DNA from: Klebsormidium nitens | Lineage: Eukaryota > Plantae > Klebsormidiophyceae | Assembly: GCA_000708835.1 (NCBI GenBank) | Contig: DF237108.1 | Span: 62,001-126,000, forward strand | Length of the DNA stretch: 64,000 nucleotides | Direction: 5' to 3' | Shown: positions 60,164 through 64,000 of the stretch, in pieces | Position numbering within the stretch: the first letter of the stretch is position 1 | Layout: each line of letters begins with the position of its first letter | The notes under the pieces: generated by a model | The model's input: only the letters and a program-made list of their open reading frames with translations | The model's database searches: none | What the model was told of the DNA's origin: nothing | Program-made: the position numbers and the translations under genes

Positions 60164-62514
60164 TTACAAGATGCAGCAGCCCCCGCATCCGCCCTTCTTC
60201 GGCTCCTGCCCCTCTTTCGCTGCTGCGAGACAACAGGAGCAAATCAGGACATAGTACATATCAGATTCACAATTGTCCCTCAAGTTCGAATCAAGGCACG
60301 GGACGATGCCACTCGGTGGCTTGGAGGAGAATGGGACAGCCTGTACTCCTGTTGCTCTAAAAGCGAGCAGTCTGCAAATTTGCCCTTGCTCCTGAGTGAC
60401 GTTTAAATCAGTGTTTCAGACCTTGCCAGCTCTCAACGAAACCTCGCCCGCCCTCGAACTCCGCTTGCCAGTGCAAGTTCTTAATCTGGATCGACTCATT
60501 CGTTGCCAGTGAGCACGTTCTACGTAGAAGTGGTGTGTATATACACAACATTATGGAACGGAAGACAAAAGAAGGACGGAAGAAAAAGCAGACAAACTTC
60601 CTTTCAAGAACCCTGTGCGCCTTCCTGCAGCACAGCGTGCTCTTAACAAGAAAGAGTGTTCGCGCATACAGCCTGTACCTTTATGGCGTCTCTGTACGTT
60701 TCCTACTAATCTTAAAACGACAGCCTTCACCATTCTGCTGTCTTTCAGCCAGTAATATAGTAAGCCGAAATTTAGTAAGCTAGTAATCTGCTCGCTCTGA
60801 GGGAGGCTCTGACTCTCTACTCGGTTGCTTGACACAGCATTGGAAACCCGCAAGTGGAACATTGACCCTTCCGCTGCTAAATACATACCATAAGCTCCTG
60901 TTAACCAGGTGGGCATCTCTGTAAACGGCCTGAAAACAATAATCGTCCAAAAGATCACACTCCTGGATCCCCCGAAAAACTCCTTGAATCCGCTCACATG
61001 TCATTACGAGCGGAGAAGCTGAGAACAGGGGAAAATCATGACGGCTCACCAGCTTTTGGCTCCGCAACCTGTGGCCGAATGACTACGTGCATAGTTATCA
61101 GATTCCCCGTCTCGGCAACCGGCACTCGAGACTCCCCCAGGGTCCGAGCGTTGTCGAGCACCTTGCCGGCGTGTATCAGCTTCACATCCTGTACGCTCTT
61201 GGGGCAGCCTTCTTTGCCTGCACAAACATTTCGGGGGGGGGTGACAATCCAACTCTTCAGCAGAAAATCCGGGGGGGGGGGGGCGGCGACTGCCAAAACG
61301 CTAGTGTTGGGAAGGGTGCATGCTGCAAAAGTAGCCCCCTTTGCGGGTGCCAAACGATCAGTTCCGGAGGCACCGGCTGACAGCAGTCAAAAGGGGGCTG
61401 TGATTGCGATAGATGAGCCTTGTTTACTGCATTTTGTCACGGTTGTCTATGATCTCTCACAAATCTAGCAACTTGGCATCTGAGTAAGCCTACGGTCCCA
61501 CACACTCAGTCAGGGAGTCAATGGCGAGGGGGATTTGTCTACAGACGGCTTTGAGGTGTTCTCCAAGAAAGTTGACAGAAGCCAAAATGATGGGAGCCAA
61601 GAAGATGCAAGAAGATGCCAGTTCCAGAAGGATCAAAATGCAGTCAGTGCGACACAGTCGGCCAATGCAGGGTCGAGCAACAGGACAGGAACAGATGGAA
61701 ATGGAGGTTGAATCAAAATGAGGGAGGAAACCCCTTTACAAAACTTGCAGTCAGTTCAGGTGCAGCGGGGAGGAACACAGAAAGCCCTTTGAGCAGACAA
61801 TGAGAGGGCTTGAAAGGATTGCAGTCAATTCAGGTGCAGCGGATATGAACACAGAAAGCGTTTTGACCAGACGATGAGAGTACTTGAAAGCTGAAACTGG
61901 TTAGCAAAGCAGCAGCTATGCAAGAAGCCTCGCTTCAAGTGACCCCAGAGACACATTGTGGATGATCGAAAGATGACGGCTAGAAACTGCATCCTAAGTG
62001 TGCCTGATGCAAAAGTTGAAGGGAGCGCTAAGCAGATGCTCCTTTCAATGCTTCCGCTTGCTGTCAGCCTGTACGGCCAAACCTTGGAGTAAAGTTGACA
62101 GAATGATGCCGTTGATGATGTCAGCAATCCATGAAAATCACTTTCCCACTCGTTGCAGATTACGAGTAGAGACTCTTAATCTGATTCAAACACACCAGCT
62201 CTGCAAAACTCCCCCGTCCAACCAAGCCCCAACAGAACCCTAACATAAAGATCAGGGCTGATTGATGAATGTACAAGAGCTTGGCTTTTTCACCCCTCTG
62301 AAATTTCAACAGCCGGAACTCACAAAGCACCCTGTGCTAGCAGGACGACTCTTATCGGATGCACCGACACAGAGAGGGGGTACACACCTTGCGGCCAGTT
62401 CTCAATGATAGCTTCCTTGAGAGCCTGCACCGTTTCGGACGACGAGTACTTATTTGGACCAATGTCAGACCCATCCGTCATCCGAAACTTCAGCTCCACG
62501 TCCCCCGACGCCAT
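60164..62514 (-). CDS. MUB: Membrane-anchored ubiquitin-fold protein (MUB), 117 aa. Exons: 62514-62388, 61217-61050, 60222-60164.
   Basis: VELKFRMTDGSDIGP, LKEAIIENWP, VKLIHAGKVLDNARTL, ITMHVVI, and a C-terminal CaaX-type GCGGCCIL. Confidence 0.96.
61745..61890. repeat. 74-bp period direct duplication in MUB intron 1
   Basis: ttgcagtca(g/a)ttcaggtgcagcgg...gaacacagaaagc..tttga.cagac.atgagag..cttgaaag twice. Confidence 0.9.
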
Positions 62515-63051
62515 GCCTGGGGCCCAAATAGACCCCTCTTTCTACTTGCTCTGGCGACAGGCTCCTGTTCACATAGGTGCTCCACCGCAACTAAGATAAG
62601 CTGTATTTCAGTGAAAGTGGTTCAGAAGAGGACCAAGCAGCTCAAAGCTTGATCAGGGATGTCTATTCAAGAACAAGCTTGTTGACTAAGAAATTACTTG
62701 CAAAGGCTGCCTCTTGGTGAAACCCTCGATGGGAAAGCATAACCGCTGCCTGTGCTGCAACTGCTGCTCACAATCTAACGTACATTATTGGGGTGCTGAA
62801 ATCATCAAGAGCAACGAAATCTGGTTACATCGACAGAATCGCACTGCAACTTTGTCCCCTCAAACCTAGGCTCACAAACGGAATCTCTATGTCCTCCAAT
62901 CCTCAACCATTGGATTGATGAAGTTGGAAGCATGACACTAAGACAGTCCCCAATCCAAAACTCCGCCGAGCTCTTTGCTTCCAACCGAACCACGGCAAGC
63001 GCAAAGTCTGCTGTTATAATCTCTTTTGCCTAGACAGAAGAACCCTATTAA

Positions 63052-63400
63052 GGCCCAAGCATATTCCTTCTGGCGCGCAACACGACGCGCAGACGTCCTT
63101 GTAGTTGGCCAGTTGATGCTCCAAAGACTGACGCTTGAACTCTTGATCAGGTCAAAGAAAGCTGCAGAGCGTCTTCATCATTCTTGAGTCATGACTGACG
63201 AGTCATGTTTATCAGAGACTTGAAAATTGAAATGCCCCTTTTCCGGCCCATTCCGCTCCGAAACACTTGCACAAGGCCAAAGTTCTGTCGACACATGTTC
63301 CGCCTTCCCCGGATCTGCATGGGAACATTAAAACAACTACCTACCGGGCGGACCGTAAGGGTGGCAGCCGGTGGCAGGGCCCACGGGCCATGGGCCCCGG
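63052..63400. promoter_or_regulatory. Site II-like (TGGGCY) motifs in the divergent MUB/RTF2 intergenic region
   Basis: GGCCCA at 63052-63057 and 63378-63383, TGGGCC at 63391-63396. Short motifs; function is inferred. Confidence 0.4.
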
Positions 63401-63672
63401 CCGGGGGCTTGCCTGAATGGAGCACTCCCCCGTGCTCCTTACCAGCGGAGTTCCGCCGGACGTTTCCGGCGGGCATTTGAGAGGAAACCCCAATTTCAGC
63501 TTTTGAAGCGGGCGCAATTTATGCCAATGGAAAGCTCGGAAGGGTCTGGTTTTAGGGAAGACCTGTCTTGAGTTGGTGCGAAGGCCGCAAGTGCATATCT
63601 CGCTGCGAATTATAGAAGGCAAGGTTTATAGACGACAATCAGGACTTTGCTCAGAGAAAGCATTCTGTAGCT

Positions 63673-64000
63673 ATGCAACTCTTCGTGCAGGGCGGCGGTG
63701 CGCACGTTGTCGCTCTGACATGTACACCCAGCGACCTCATAGGCAGCTTAAAGGTGGCGGCGCTGGGTCCTGACGCCAGCGCTGGCATCAGGCTGGCACA
63801 CGGAGGTGTGCACTTGCGCGAGGAGAATCGGGTTGAGGATTATCCCATCAGGAACTATGCAACCCTACAGGTGCAGGTTCCATTCAGGGGGGGAGGGGGA
63901 GACGGGGGCGCCACGGGAGCAGAGTCGCGTTCTTGTTACCTGGAGATGTACATGGACAAAAAGCCGGATAAGGTTGACCCGAACGAGGCGCGGGTTGCAA
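63673..64000 (+). CDS. RTF2: RTF2 (replication termination factor 2 domain), plant type with N-terminal ubiquitin-like domain; 5' partial gene running off the window
   Basis: Hand translation: MQLFVQGGGAHVVAL...RLAHGGVHL...YATLQVQVPFRGGGGDGGATGAESRSCYLEMYMDKKPDKVDPNEARVA. GGDGGATGAESR.CYL.MY..KKPDKVDPNE is the plant RTF2 signature. Not in the ORF track because it has no stop in the window. Confidence 0.92.
   Translation, partial: MQLFVQGGGAHVVALTCTPSDLIGSLKVAALGPDASAGIRLAHGGVHLREENRVEDYPIRNYATLQVQVPFRGGGGDGGATGAESRSCYLEMYMDKKPDKVDPNEARVA

Noticed and set aside
59814-60254. 146-aa plus-strand ORF
   Set aside because: Antisense to the MUB last exon and 3' UTR; no recognisable domain or splice structure.
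61233-61283. G9 and G13 homopolymer runs as a G-quadruplex element
   Set aside because: Only two tracts; they are simply C-runs near the MUB exon 2 acceptor on the transcribed strand.
63673-64000. SDE2 as the identity of the Ubl-GG protein
   Set aside because: SDE2 continues GG-KGGFGS; this reads GGDGGATGAESR, the RTF2 signature.
1-64000. tRNA, rRNA, other snRNAs, C/D snoRNAs, transposase/RT ORFs
   Set aside because: No T-loop/cloverleaf, rRNA, U1/U4/U5/U6 signature, convincing paired C/D boxes or mobile-element domain found by eye; short divergent RNAs could have been missed.

Overview
Intron-rich eukaryotic genomic DNA with GC-rich exons and GT-AG introns. The gene set (BELL-type TALE homeobox, GT34, MUB, plant-type Ubl-RTF2, ILP1, VAMP71) points to a streptophyte. 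The compact, intron-dense style suggests a Klebsormidium-like charophyte alga; this is inference, not a search result. I reconstructed eight protein-coding genes by hand, with phase-consistent exon chains: a ~1256-aa protein with CTFRP repeats (683-9405, -), a ~2161-aa coiled-coil/EF-hand protein (10494-30490, +), a GT34 glycosyltransferase, a BEL1-like homeobox gene, VAMP7/VAMP71, ILP1/GCFC2, MUB, and the 5' end of RTF2. A U2 snRNA gene with its own TATA box sits inside an intron of the coiled-coil gene. The most striking unexplained structure is about a dozen tandem arrays, in four unrelated genes, whose mostly 85-170 bp units each consist of a splice site plus the adjacent edge of the functional exon. 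They form stacks of decoy acceptors upstream of exons or decoy donors downstream. One array abuts a captured exon fragment of a P2B Ca2+-ATPase. No tRNA, rRNA, CRISPR array or recognisable transposon ORF was seen.
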